This document shows, piece after piece, positions 55,158-64,000 of a DNA stretch of 64,000 bases. This stretch comes from an uncultured Methanosarcinales archaeon. GTDB lineage: Archaea > Nanobdellota > Nanobdellia > Woesearchaeales > JACPIF01. The number at the start of each line of letters is the position of its first letter. Within the stretch, counting starts at the first letter, position 1. Position numbers and translations under genes: made by a program. The notes below the pieces were generated by a model. The model made no database searches, had not been told where the DNA came from, and saw nothing but the letters and a program-made list of their open reading frames with translations. The stretch is taken from contig CAZRPY010000006.1 in the NCBI GenBank assembly GCA_964602245.1, positions 77 through 64,076 on the forward strand, written 5' to 3'.

Positions 55158-56069
55158 TTAAATTCTTTGATTCACAGCAGCCCACAATATAGGCAAGGCA
55201 ATAGTAACATCACAGCTAACATCAACATATCTAGCTTTCTCTCTCAGCTTGCCCCAGGAAATACCTTCTTTTAGCTTTGCTCCTGAACTACCGCCATATT
55301 CTTCTCTATCAGTTGTTATTTGTATGCCATAATATGCTCCTTTACTAAATTGCATGCTCTGCTGAATATAATTCTTGGGAACTCCACCACCAAGATAAAT
55401 AATACCTGCTCTTTTGCATGTCCAGGCAATATCAAGAATTTCTTTCATATCTTCAAAAGCATTTACACTAATATTTTTTCCTTTAGCTAACCTGCCCCAG
55501 ACCATTAAACCAATTCCTGAATCAGCTATAGCAGGGCAGAAAACTGGAAGCTTCTTTTCATAACAGATCTTTAATAAGCTTCTTTTTGGTGTTAATCTGC
55601 CAATTTGCCAAAGAAACTCTTTAATGTCAGTACATTTTTCAAAAACCTGCCAATTCTTTTCAAAGAAATCTTCCATTTTCTCATAAACCTTAGCTGGCAT
55701 ATAGGAATCATACATCCTAACTAAGCCCTTTTTGTAAAGCTTAGCATCATCTGCATTTTCATCTCCTTGGTAATGAGCAAAGCCTAGAGCTTCTGCTAAA
55801 TCATGAGTTAAATTAGCTCCAGTTGTAACAAAAACATTAACATGGCCAGATTCTAGCATGTCTAGCATTATTTCTCTCATGCCACTAGAAATCATTGCTC
55901 CTGCAATGCCTAGGAAGATAGTGCAATCCTTATCCTTAATCATCTGCTCAAAAATAGATACAGCCCTGCCTAGCCTACCAGAGCCCATGACATTAGTTGC
56001 TTCCATCGTCTTGAGAAGCTCTGATACAGAAATTCCTTTTGTGATTTTGATATGGTGGACTGGCTTCAT
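55158..56069 (-). CDS. dys: Deoxyhypusine synthase
   Basis: IFLGIAGAMISSGMR, GGGVPKNY, SWGK. Start set at MKPVHH, giving an ATGA overlap with the upstream methyltransferase stop. Confidence 0.85.
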   Translation of the reverse strand: MKPVHHIKITKGISVSELLKTMEATNVMGSGRLGRAVSIFEQMIKDKDCTIFLGIAGAMISSGMREIMLDMLESGHVNVFVTTGANLTHDLAEALGFAHYQGDENADDAKLYKKGLVRMYDSYMPAKVYEKMEDFFEKNWQVFEKCTDIKEFLWQIGRLTPKRSLLKICYEKKLPVFCPAIADSGIGLMVWGRLAKGKNISVNAFEDMKEILDIAWTCKRAGIIYLGGGVPKNYIQQSMQFSKGAYYGIQITTDREEYGGSSGAKLKEGISWGKLREKARYVDVSCDVTIALPILWAAVNQRI

Positions 56070-56680
56070 TTTATGTTCTTTGCAAGTACCCAAAACTGCC
56101 TTTCTCCACCAATTTTGAGTATTTTGCTCCATAATATTTCAAATCCTGAATTTTTTATCATCTTTGCAGTTCTCTTTGGATTATAAAAACTCCAGAACAT
56201 TGGAACTCCAAGATAATTTCTTACAGTTTCTTCCCATGTATTTGTGCCGCTAGCATTGAGCATCATAACTCCGTTGGGTTTCAATATTTTGTGCAAACTT
56301 CTATAGATTTTAGAGTGCTTTTCACGAGGTATATGTATGATAGCGTAGAAAGATACTGCTCCATCAAAAAAATTAGAGGGAAACCTCATCCTTGTTATAT
56401 CCATTTTAATAAATCTTGCATTTCTAACATTTTTCCTTGCTAGCTTTAGCATACCCTCTGCAAAATCAATTCCAGTTACTTTGTAGCCTTTATTAATAAG
56501 GAATTTTGTTACTGGCACTCCTGCTCCGCATCCTAAGTCAAGCACTCTTGACCCTTTTGGCAAAAATCTGGAGAATCTTGCTAGTAAGGGATTACTTATA
56601 TAGATATTACGTTGCATATGATATTTCTTGGCAATTTTTGTGTGGCCTGCTTTAACTATTTGAGATTTTCTTTTTTGCAT
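56066..56680 (-). CDS. Class I SAM-dependent methyltransferase
   Basis: VLDLGCGAGV motif I. 204 aa. Confidence 0.8.
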   Translation of the reverse strand: MQKRKSQIVKAGHTKIAKKYHMQRNIYISNPLLARFSRFLPKGSRVLDLGCGAGVPVTKFLINKGYKVTGIDFAEGMLKLARKNVRNARFIKMDITRMRFPSNFFDGAVSFYAIIHIPREKHSKIYRSLHKILKPNGVMMLNASGTNTWEETVRNYLGVPMFWSFYNPKRTAKMIKNSGFEILWSKILKIGGERQFWVLAKNIK

Positions 56681-56742
56681 TTTTATATAAGTCTATGCTT
56701 AGAGAAATACGGGATATTTATAAATTATTGTTCGCTTTAGAA

Positions 56743-57486
56743 TTATTTCTCAGGATAAACCGCAATACCTTTATCAGTAATATCCATGGAAATAACACCT
56801 TTCTTATGGTTTGTTCTTCGCATCTTGACTATTCTTAAAGCCCTATCGCCTTTGCCGCCTATGCCTGCATAATGTAGTGCAATAACAGAGTCACAGATAA
56901 ACTCTTCAACACCATATCTTGAAAGGCTATTGTAGTTGCCAGATTCTGCTAGATCACCTACTATTTCGGATGTTAGCATCGAAGTACAGTTTAACCTTTT
57001 GAGAAGAGCTGCTAAGCTGTATATCTCTTTTCTAATATCGTAATTGCTTTTAAGACCCATTGCAAAAACAGAAATAGAGTCTATTACAACCCTTTTTGCA
57101 TTTATTCTTGAAATCTCTCTTATTAGTCTGGCTTGTAAATCAGTTGTTTCATAAGGGCCAAAATATACAAATTGCACCATACCAGATCTTTCAAGTGCAT
57201 CAAAATCCCAGCCAAATTCTTTCATATCACGCTTTAGATTGTCTAAATCTTCTTCAAAAGAGACATATAAGCCTTTTTCACCATATTCTACTGCACCATA
57301 ATACAAGAATTGTGCAACAAAAGCTGTTTTACCAGTTCCAGGACCTCCTGAAATAAGGTTAACAGAGCCATTAATTAAGCCGCCAGAACAGAGCTTGTCA
57401 AAACCAGGAATGCCAGTAGGAACTCTAGCATTTTCTTTTACTTTAGATTCAAGTTTGGGCTTTAGCACTTGTTTTGTTGTTGGCAT
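56743..57486 (-). CDS. KaiC/RecA-superfamily ATPase (ArlH/FlaH-like)
   Basis: PTGIPGFDKL...GGPGTGKT Walker A, VVIDSIS Walker B. Single KaiC-like domain, divergent from the pilus/archaellum-type ATPase operon. Confidence 0.8.
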   Translation of the reverse strand: MPTTKQVLKPKLESKVKENARVPTGIPGFDKLCSGGLINGSVNLISGGPGTGKTAFVAQFLYYGAVEYGEKGLYVSFEEDLDNLKRDMKEFGWDFDALERSGMVQFVYFGPYETTDLQARLIREISRINAKRVVIDSISVFAMGLKSNYDIRKEIYSLAALLKRLNCTSMLTSEIVGDLAESGNYNSLSRYGVEEFICDSVIALHYAGIGGKGDRALRIVKMRRTNHKKGVISMDITDKGIAVYPEK

Positions 57487-57621
57487 AAGATTAATCTCTT
57501 AAAATAGGCTTATAAACCTTTTGTGTTACTTTTGGGTTAGTATGCTTTCTATAATCTTATCCTGTAATTAAGAAAAACCTTTATATAAGTCTACACAATA
57601 TAGCTAGTGTAGGGGTTAATA

Positions 57622-58359
57622 ATGGGGAAAACTGATGTTATAGAGACTGGAGTAGATAAATTAGTGGAACTTATCAAAAAAGAGAAAAGAATTTCTGTTA
57701 AAAGTGCTGCGGTGAAGCTTGGTGTTTCAACAGCGCTTATTGAGGAATGGGCAAATTTCCTTGAAGAAGAGGGATTAATTGATATAGATTATAAGGTTAC
57801 AACACCTTATCTAGTGGAAAAGCAGCTAAGCAAAGAGCAATTGGAGGAGAAAAAACAACAGTTCTATCAAGAAAAGGAAATATTGCTCAGGAAGGCTGAA
57901 AATACTTTAGAATTTCTTGATGACCAAGGAGAAGAAATTAAGACTATTAGACAAGAGTTTAAAAGGTTTAAGGATGATATAGAAAAGGAAATAGAGTTTG
58001 CCAAGAGAGATTTAAGAGAACTAGAAGACACATTAGCTAATATCAAAAAGAAAGAGAAAGAGATAGAAGAAGAGGTTTTAAGAGGCAGAGAAGCTACTAA
58101 TAGGTTTCAGCAAATAGTTGATAAAAAGCAAAGCATAGAAGAGTTAGTAAAGAAGATTGATAAGGATAAGACAGAATTAAGAGAGCAGGTAATAAAGCTT
58201 GTAGGGATAGTTAAGAGCTTAGGGGCTTCTATGGATACAAAAGAAAATAAGGAGCATATAAAAGATATGCAGGACAAGTTTGCAGAGGTCCATGAGAAAA
58301 AGGTTGACATTGAGGAAGAGCTTAAAGAACTTTCAAAGCTAATAAAAGGAATGAAATAA
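57622..58359 (+). CDS. Winged-helix N-terminal domain plus long coiled-coil protein
   Basis: ISVKSAAVKLGVSTALIEEWANFLEEEGLI wHTH-like segment, then about 170 aa of E/K-rich heptads. First gene of the ATPase operon. Confidence 0.55.
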   Translation: MGKTDVIETGVDKLVELIKKEKRISVKSAAVKLGVSTALIEEWANFLEEEGLIDIDYKVTTPYLVEKQLSKEQLEEKKQQFYQEKEILLRKAENTLEFLDDQGEEIKTIRQEFKRFKDDIEKEIEFAKRDLRELEDTLANIKKKEKEIEEEVLRGREATNRFQQIVDKKQSIEELVKKIDKDKTELREQVIKLVGIVKSLGASMDTKENKEHIKDMQDKFAEVHEKKVDIEEELKELSKLIKGMK

Positions 58360-58377
58360 AACAAAAGAGAGGGGTAG

Positions 58378-60057
58378 ATGCAAGAGCAAAGATATACCTT
58401 TATTTCAGATAAGATACCTATAGATGTAAGAATTTATGAAGGAGACGAGTTTGTGCCAGTCTATGATATCTCAATACAGGCTATAAGCAAATCAACTGAT
58501 GTTGTGCTTCAGAAGATAAGAGATGAGCTTGTTTCTAAGATAAGCCTGGGCACAATTGATATTACAGATCCAAAGAAAAATGAGCTAATTGAGCAGAAGT
58601 TTGGGGAACAGATTAATTTACTGCTAAGAAAGTATTTTCCAATGTCAGATGAAAATACACTGACAATCCTTTATTCCTATTTTATAAGAAAGAATCTTGG
58701 CTTGGGGGATATAGAAATTCTGATGGATGATATTAATCTTGAGGAGGTTGTAATTAATAATTCTAGAGAAAATGTATGGGTTTATCATAAGAAATTTGGA
58801 TGGCTGAGAACTAATATTAAGATGGAAAATGAAGAGCAGATACAGCATTATGCGAGGATAATTGCAAGGAAATCTGATAAACAGATAACAATTCTCTCGC
58901 CTTTAATGGATGCATCTCTTGAATCCGGGGATAGAATTAATGCGACTTTCTACCCAGTATCAATTAAAGGGAATACTTTAACTATTAGGAAATTTGCATC
59001 AAAGCCATGGACCATCACAGATTTCTTGAAGGATAGGACAATTTCAACTTCTGTTGCAGCTTTAATATGGCAGGCAATACAATTTGAGCTTTCTGCATTA
59101 GTTGCAGGAGGAACAGCCTCAGGAAAAACTTCTATGCTTAATGTTTTGGCGTCCTTCTTTCCGCCAAACCAGAGAATAATTTCAATAGAAGATACAAGAG
59201 AGCTGCAATTGCCTAAATTTTTGCACTGGATTCCTATGTTGACTAGGCTGCCAAATCCAGAAGGCAGGGGAGAGGTTAGCATGCTAGATCTTTTAGTAAA
59301 TTCTCTTAGGATGAGGCCTGATAGAATACTAGTAGGAGAGATAAGAAGGCATAAGGAGGCAGAGGTTTTGTTTGAAGCTATTCATACAGGACATTCAGTT
59401 TATTCAACTGTGCATGCGAATGATACAAGAGAGGTTATCACAAGACTAACTAACCCACCTATTGAGATTCCTCCAAGCATGCTGCAGGCAATATCCATGA
59501 TTATAGTACAGTACAGAAATAGAAGGACAGGTTTAAGAAGGACTTTCCAGATATCTGAGATGACACCTGATGGAACAGCAAGAGTATTAATGCAGCTTGA
59601 TATTTCCAGAGATAAAATTGACAAATTAGTTGATTCAATTAATTTATTCAGTTCAATAAGCCTATTGACAGGAATGACTGACAAAGAGATTTTACAAGAT
59701 CTTAAAGAAAAGGAAAAAGTGCTTAACTGGCTAGTTGCAAAGAATATAGATACTGTTGATAGTGTGGGCAGAGTTATGGCTGAATATTATACTAAAAAAG
59801 AGCAGTTTATGCAGATAGTAGATAAAAATAGGGATTTGCAGGAATTAAAGATAGAAAGAGTAATTCCCATATCACAGGTACCAGCAAAAAGTATGGAAAA
59901 GATAATGAAACCTTTAAAGCCTTTAAAAATAGAAAAGGAGAATTTGCCAAGAGCTATTAAAGAAATTAAACAACCTGTAAAATCCAGAACAAATGAGTTA
60001 GATTATGGTTTGGATAAAATAAAGCAGGATTTAAAGAGATTGGGTATTAGAAAATAA
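58378..60057 (+). CDS. FlaI/ArlI/PilB-type secretion ATPase
   Basis: Walker A GGTASGKTS, IISIEDTRELQ, ILVGEIRRHKEAE, GHSVYSTVHA. Confidence 0.9.
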   Translation: MQEQRYTFISDKIPIDVRIYEGDEFVPVYDISIQAISKSTDVVLQKIRDELVSKISLGTIDITDPKKNELIEQKFGEQINLLLRKYFPMSDENTLTILYSYFIRKNLGLGDIEILMDDINLEEVVINNSRENVWVYHKKFGWLRTNIKMENEEQIQHYARIIARKSDKQITILSPLMDASLESGDRINATFYPVSIKGNTLTIRKFASKPWTITDFLKDRTISTSVAALIWQAIQFELSALVAGGTASGKTSMLNVLASFFPPNQRIISIEDTRELQLPKFLHWIPMLTRLPNPEGRGEVSMLDLLVNSLRMRPDRILVGEIRRHKEAEVLFEAIHTGHSVYSTVHANDTREVITRLTNPPIEIPPSMLQAISMIIVQYRNRRTGLRRTFQISEMTPDGTARVLMQLDISRDKIDKLVDSINLFSSISLLTGMTDKEILQDLKEKEKVLNWLVAKNIDTVDSVGRVMAEYYTKKEQFMQIVDKNRDLQELKIERVIPISQVPAKSMEKIMKPLKPLKIEKENLPRAIKEIKQPVKSRTNELDYGLDKIKQDLKRLGIRK

Positions 60058-60129
60058 AATGGATTATTATGAAAATAAATTTAAAAACAATTAAGATATA
60101 AAAGAATAAAGAATATTAAAAGATAATAA

Positions 60130-60266
60130 CTTGCACTACGACGCCAACTTCGTTGGCTGTGCCATTAGTCCGCAACCGTTGTGCCAATTATAAGATATAA
60201 AAATTATAGGGGGATTACAAATTAAGTGATTAAAATAATAGCACTAAAATAAACAAATTTGCAAAT
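60130..60266 (+). ncRNA. Structured-element family copy E (5' half and 3' tail conserved, central P3 degenerate)
   Basis: cttgcactacgacgccaacttcgttggctgtgccattagtccgc parallels copy D. The 3' tail actaaaataaacaaatttgcaaat parallels D's acaaaataaaccaaaagtgcaagt. No gcggac partner is present. Confidence 0.4.
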
Positions 60267-60302
60267 TATATAAAACTCAAATAAAATTCAAAAATAATAG
60301 GG

Positions 60303-61124
60303 GTGGTAGAGATTTTACCTGTATTTGCTAAAATAGCAAAAGGCTTGCCTGCATTAAAGCTGCATTTGAACCAAGCTGGGATGGATATGAAGCCTGAGGC
60401 CTTTGTGCAGAAAACCTTTATCTCATCATTTTATCTAGCATTTGGAGTTGTTATTTTCCTGTTTTTTATGTTATTAAGACTAGAAACTTCTTTATTATTT
60501 CTAGTTCCATTATTCTTAGTTTTAATTTTTGGGTTATTTACATACATGCTAAAGATACCTCAGGCTAGAGGTATTCAAAAGGCTAAAGAGATTGACAAAG
60601 AAATAGTTTATGCAGGAAGGTTTATACAGATTGAGCTTGAATCAGGAGTGCCATTGTATAATGCACTTGCAACAGCTGCTAAGAGCTATAAGCATATTGG
60701 AGCCCATTTACAAGAAATAGTTGATAAAATAGAGCTGGGAACTCCGATAGAAACGGCCCTTAACGAGACAATTGAGTTTACTCCATCAGAGAAGTTTAGA
60801 AAGGTGTTATGGCAGATTGTGAATTCCCTTAAGACTGGAGCAGAGGTTTCAAAAAGCCTCGAGGCAACACTTGATCAGATAAGCAAGGAGCAGTTAATAG
60901 AAATAAAGGCTTATGGGCATAAGCTGAATCCTATTGCAATGTTTTACATGATTGTTGCAATAATTGTGCCTTCACTTGGAATGGCTATGCTTGTTATACT
61001 CTCAACCTTTTTAGGCTTTAATCTGACCTTTCCATTATTAATGACTATATCTGCATTTATAGCTTTTATACAATTTATGTTTATTGCAATAATAAAAATG
61101 TCTAGGCCGGCTGTGGAAATATGA
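60303..61124 (+). CDS. Type II secretion system F-domain membrane protein (TadB/FlaJ N-half-like)
   Basis: One T2SSF domain (YAGRFIQIELESGVPLYNAL) flanked by TM helices. GTG start after GGGG. Confidence 0.75.
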   Translation: MVEILPVFAKIAKGLPALKLHLNQAGMDMKPEAFVQKTFISSFYLAFGVVIFLFFMLLRLETSLLFLVPLFLVLIFGLFTYMLKIPQARGIQKAKEIDKEIVYAGRFIQIELESGVPLYNALATAAKSYKHIGAHLQEIVDKIELGTPIETALNETIEFTPSEKFRKVLWQIVNSLKTGAEVSKSLEATLDQISKEQLIEIKAYGHKLNPIAMFYMIVAIIVPSLGMAMLVILSTFLGFNLTFPLLMTISAFIAFIQFMFIAIIKMSRPAVEI

Positions 61125-61134
61125 GCTGAATAAA

Positions 61135-62166
61135 ATGAAGGAAAAAATTTTTGAGAGGATAGAGAAGGCATTTTTTTCCAAGAGCTTAAAGTATGCATTA
61201 CTGAATAATATGAAAAAGGCTGGGATAGAGATGTCTCTTTATGAGCTTTTTACCAAGCTTTATCTCCTGAGTTATGCTTTGACAGTTATTGTGCTTGTTT
61301 ATGTAGTAATTAATATTTTTGAGTCCAAGAGTTTTGGAATCCTTAATTTTATTATAACAATGTTAAGCCTAGGCATCATATCTTTTGCATTTAGCTTCTT
61401 TTTATTGTTAGTTGGATTCTTTTTGTACATGAATTTAAGAATCTATAATAGGACTAAGGAGATAGAAAAAGTCTTGCCAGATTTTCTGCAATTAGCTTCT
61501 GCAAATATTAGAGCGGGGATGTCAATTGACAAGGCTTTATGGTTTTCTATTAGGCCAAGATTTGGTATCCTGGCTAAAGAGATTGAAATTGTTGCAAAGA
61601 AAACTATGGCTGGTGAGGACCTTGAAGAGGCTTTAAGAGAATTTGCATCTAAATATGATTCTCCAGTCCTGGAAAGAACAGTCAACTTGCTTGTGGAAGG
61701 CTTAGATGCTGGAGGCGAGATTGGAGATATGCTTAATAGAATAGCCTCAAATATACAGGAGAATCAGTTAACAAGAAGGGATATGGCAGAGAGTGTTACC
61801 ACTTATGTTATCTTTATAACTTTTGCAACAATTGTTGCTGCTCCAATGCTGTTTGCATTGTCATTTGAATTGCTTACAGTAGTTACAACATTGTCAGCAG
61901 ACTTAAATTTTAGCGAGCAGGCAGTAGGGGCATCTATACCAATAAAATTTTCCACAGAGGGCATAAAATTGGAGGATTTTAGAGTATTTGTATTCACAAA
62001 CTTAATAATAACATCAATATTCTCTGCCTTAATTGCCGCTACTATCCAGAAAGGAAATGTCAAGGCAGGTGTTAAATCAATACCTATGTTTGTTATTTTG
62101 ACATTAAGTTTATTTTTTGTGATTTCAAAGGCCTTGCATGGGCTTTTGAGCGTGTTTTTTGTTTGA
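61135..62166 (+). CDS. Type II secretion system F-domain membrane protein (TadC/FlaJ C-half-like)
   Basis: LPDFLQLASANIRAGMSIDKAL T2SSF motif. Multiple TM helices. Confidence 0.8.
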   Translation: MKEKIFERIEKAFFSKSLKYALLNNMKKAGIEMSLYELFTKLYLLSYALTVIVLVYVVINIFESKSFGILNFIITMLSLGIISFAFSFFLLLVGFFLYMNLRIYNRTKEIEKVLPDFLQLASANIRAGMSIDKALWFSIRPRFGILAKEIEIVAKKTMAGEDLEEALREFASKYDSPVLERTVNLLVEGLDAGGEIGDMLNRIASNIQENQLTRRDMAESVTTYVIFITFATIVAAPMLFALSFELLTVVTTLSADLNFSEQAVGASIPIKFSTEGIKLEDFRVFVFTNLIITSIFSALIAATIQKGNVKAGVKSIPMFVILTLSLFFVISKALHGLLSVFFV

Positions 62167-62200
62167 AAGATATTAATAAAAGAAGATTAAAAGAAAATTT

Positions 62201-62659
62201 TTAGTCGAATCTAATGCGTTTTATCTTATCCCACTCCTCATAGGTGAGACTTTGATCTTGCTCACTATTAATTTCTATAGTATTTATAAATATGTCAGAC
62301 ATTTTATCTTTTTTCATGACTTCTCTAAGCGTTTTCTTCAGAGCAAGCTCAAATTTCTTCGCTTGACTCTTATTGACAAAGTGTGCATTCATAGCTACAG
62401 GAGCTTCAACCATAACCTCAAAAAATCCTCCTTTTTCTAAAATAAAACGCTCATAGCTTTTGGCTTCAATTACGTCCATTCCCATATAATATATAGATTC
62501 TTTATAATTCTTCTCAAGCTTGTCAATAAATTTTATAAGTTCCTTTTTTGCACGTTCCTGTTCTTCAATACTTTCTTTTAAGGTCTTTGTCTTTCTAACA
62601 GCGAAAGGGAGAAGTTCTCCAACATCAAGCGCAGGGACAAATATATGCTTAATTCTCAT
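62201..62659 (-). CDS. Hypothetical protein (152 aa)
   Basis: Clean ORF with balanced composition. No recognised motif. Confidence 0.45.
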   Translation of the reverse strand: MRIKHIFVPALDVGELLPFAVRKTKTLKESIEEQERAKKELIKFIDKLEKNYKESIYYMGMDVIEAKSYERFILEKGGFFEVMVEAPVAMNAHFVNKSQAKKFELALKKTLREVMKKDKMSDIFINTIEINSEQDQSLTYEEWDKIKRIRFD

Positions 62660-62863
62660 ATTAGCATTATTAAAATTTTATTATATATAAAATGTTTTAT
62701 AATTTTGATGAATTTATAAATTAATTGCTTAAGACTTTACCTCTGGCTTTAGCCCGATGGTAATCTTTTTCTTAACCTTTTATAATAAAATGTGTGATGA
62801 TTAGAAAGATTTGCCACGCATTTTCTGATTGAGTTAGTTTGAGCTTTCTTTGCTTGTGGAACC

Positions 62864-63016
62864 ATGGAGTTAAAAAGTTATTCATATAATGTAGGTCAGA
62901 GTGCTTACCATTTAATATAGAAGCCAAAGTGGTGCCATGATTTGCCACAAAGGAGATTACTTCCTTTGCTTAACCTTAGATACTCTTCCCTAAAGAGTGT
63001 AGGAGGCTCATTTTAA
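62864..63016 (+). pseudogene. Remnant of an IS200/IS605-family Y1 transposase (tnpA) N-terminus with an in-frame stop
   Basis: Translation MELKSYSYNVGQSAYHLI*KPKW... parallels the TnpA N-terminus (..KS..NV....YH[IL][IV]W.PKYR.., as recalled for IS608 TnpA). TAG sits where Trp is expected. The reading frame decays afterwards. Confidence 0.4.
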
Positions 63017-63076
63017 AGTAGTAAATATACAAAGATTTAAATACTAGTAATATGTTTTAGAGCTTAGTGGTTTAAA

Positions 63077-64000
63077 ATGTATAAATCTATTGCTGAAGAT
63101 TATCATCAAATGATTGCACCAACTGTAGATGATTTTCTAAGGAAGGATATTACACTAGCAGATAGGGCAAGAAATACAAGAACACGAAGAATAGTTGGAA
63201 TGACAGGATTAGCTCTTTATGCTCTTACAATGTTTAGTATAGGTGCTCCAGCACTGGCAAGAGCTGAGACTAATCAACAGACATCTGAGCCAACTACTAT
63301 AGAATTATCTATTATATATGATTCAAATCAAGGAACAGATAATAATGGATTAGATAATAAGCTAAATGATAGTATCCAAGATGCAAAATCAAAAGAGAAT
63401 GCTAGAGCACCTGTTCCTATCTATAATTCAGAAAGTGGAGAACTTCTTCCAGTTTTCGGACAGCAAGATCCAAATGGATATTTAGCAAATGAAACAAATG
63501 GAAATTCTATTGATGCATTAGCAAAACCTGATCAAAGTGGTTCTCAAAATCCAGAGAAAAGTTTTGTAGAAAAGCTTATTAAGTTAGAATATGCGCTTGA
63601 TGATGATGTAAATCAAGGAAATTATGGTCAAGCAGCTCTAAAATTAATACCAAACTGTGTAGTAAAACTTTCCTTAGGTTCAGTAGCTGGTGTAGCTTAT
63701 CCTGTCAAACAAGCATGGGATTTTAGAAATGATACTAAAATGTACACAGATCCAGAAGAAGAAAGAGGCCATAGATGGGGAAGAACCATGCCTCATATTC
63801 TTGTAGGTGCTTACATAGTAAACTTTTTCTATAACATCTGGAAACATATGACACGTAAGCCTTGGGACTTTGGAGCTAATGTTGCATGTTCTGTAGGATT
63901 AGCGGCAGGCTTAGGAGCTTTTGATGGCGGAAGTAATAGATCACAACCTGCACCATCACCAGCAACACCAGGAGCAGGCGGTGGAGCCGTTGGAGGAGCA
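63077..64000 (+). CDS. Secreted/membrane-associated hypothetical protein, 5' part; continues beyond the window
   Basis: Hand translation from the ATG at 63077 is open to base 64000 (308 codons). TRRIVGMTGLALYALTMFSIGAPALARAE looks like a twin-arginine/Sec signal. Ends in a Gly/Pro/Ala-rich stretch. Confidence 0.6.
   Translation, partial: MYKSIAEDYHQMIAPTVDDFLRKDITLADRARNTRTRRIVGMTGLALYALTMFSIGAPALARAETNQQTSEPTTIELSIIYDSNQGTDNNGLDNKLNDSIQDAKSKENARAPVPIYNSESGELLPVFGQQDPNGYLANETNGNSIDALAKPDQSGSQNPEKSFVEKLIKLEYALDDDVNQGNYGQAALKLIPNCVVKLSLGSVAGVAYPVKQAWDFRNDTKMYTDPEEERGHRWGRTMPHILVGAYIVNFFYNIWKHMTRKPWDFGANVACSVGLAAGLGAFDGGSNRSQPAPSPATPGAGGGAVGGA

Noticed and set aside
1-64000. Scan for CRISPR arrays, rRNA genes and additional tRNAs
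   Set aside because: No regularly spaced direct repeats with unique spacers, no rRNA-like conserved stretches, and no second T-arm/acceptor pattern were seen by eye. A covariance-model scan would be needed for certainty.

Overview
Strongly AT-rich, very gene-dense archaeal chromosomal segment. It looks like a small-genome DPANN-type archaeon. Evidence: Nop5 and fibrillarin, RFC large subunit, HerA-Mre11, deoxyhypusine synthase, two FlaI/ArlI-type ATPase loci, GGTGA-type Shine-Dalgarno motifs, frequent 1-4 nt gene overlaps. Housekeeping content: partial pyrH, four aminoacyl-tRNA synthetases (Cys, Val, Gly, and a bacterial-type Asp), gatC/gatA/gatB, translin, one tRNA-Pro(CGG). It also carries a LarB/LarC/LarE nickel-pincer cofactor cluster with a Ni transporter and NikR, and a VapBC-like pair. 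No rRNA genes or CRISPR array were seen. The most unusual signal is non-coding. A dispersed family of GC-rich, multi-hairpin elements (five full copies of about 105-195 nt plus one fragment) sits in spacers between co-directional genes. Its helices are maintained by compensatory substitutions, and it matches no RNA class I recognise. Other non-coding structure: a roughly 90-bp four-motif hairpin cassette present twice, flanking one gene; a 141-bp nested palindrome after the nop5-fibrillarin operon; an iterated TATTATTAT array; and two duplicated palindromic operators. Protein-level oddities: an adenylate-forming enzyme fused to an uncharacterised C-terminal domain; an orphan secretion ATPase next to three tandem paralogous membrane proteins; two extremely basic small proteins; a higher-GC island of unknown genes; and an IS200/IS605 tnpA remnant. 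All calls come from reading the sequence and ORF translations. No database search was run.
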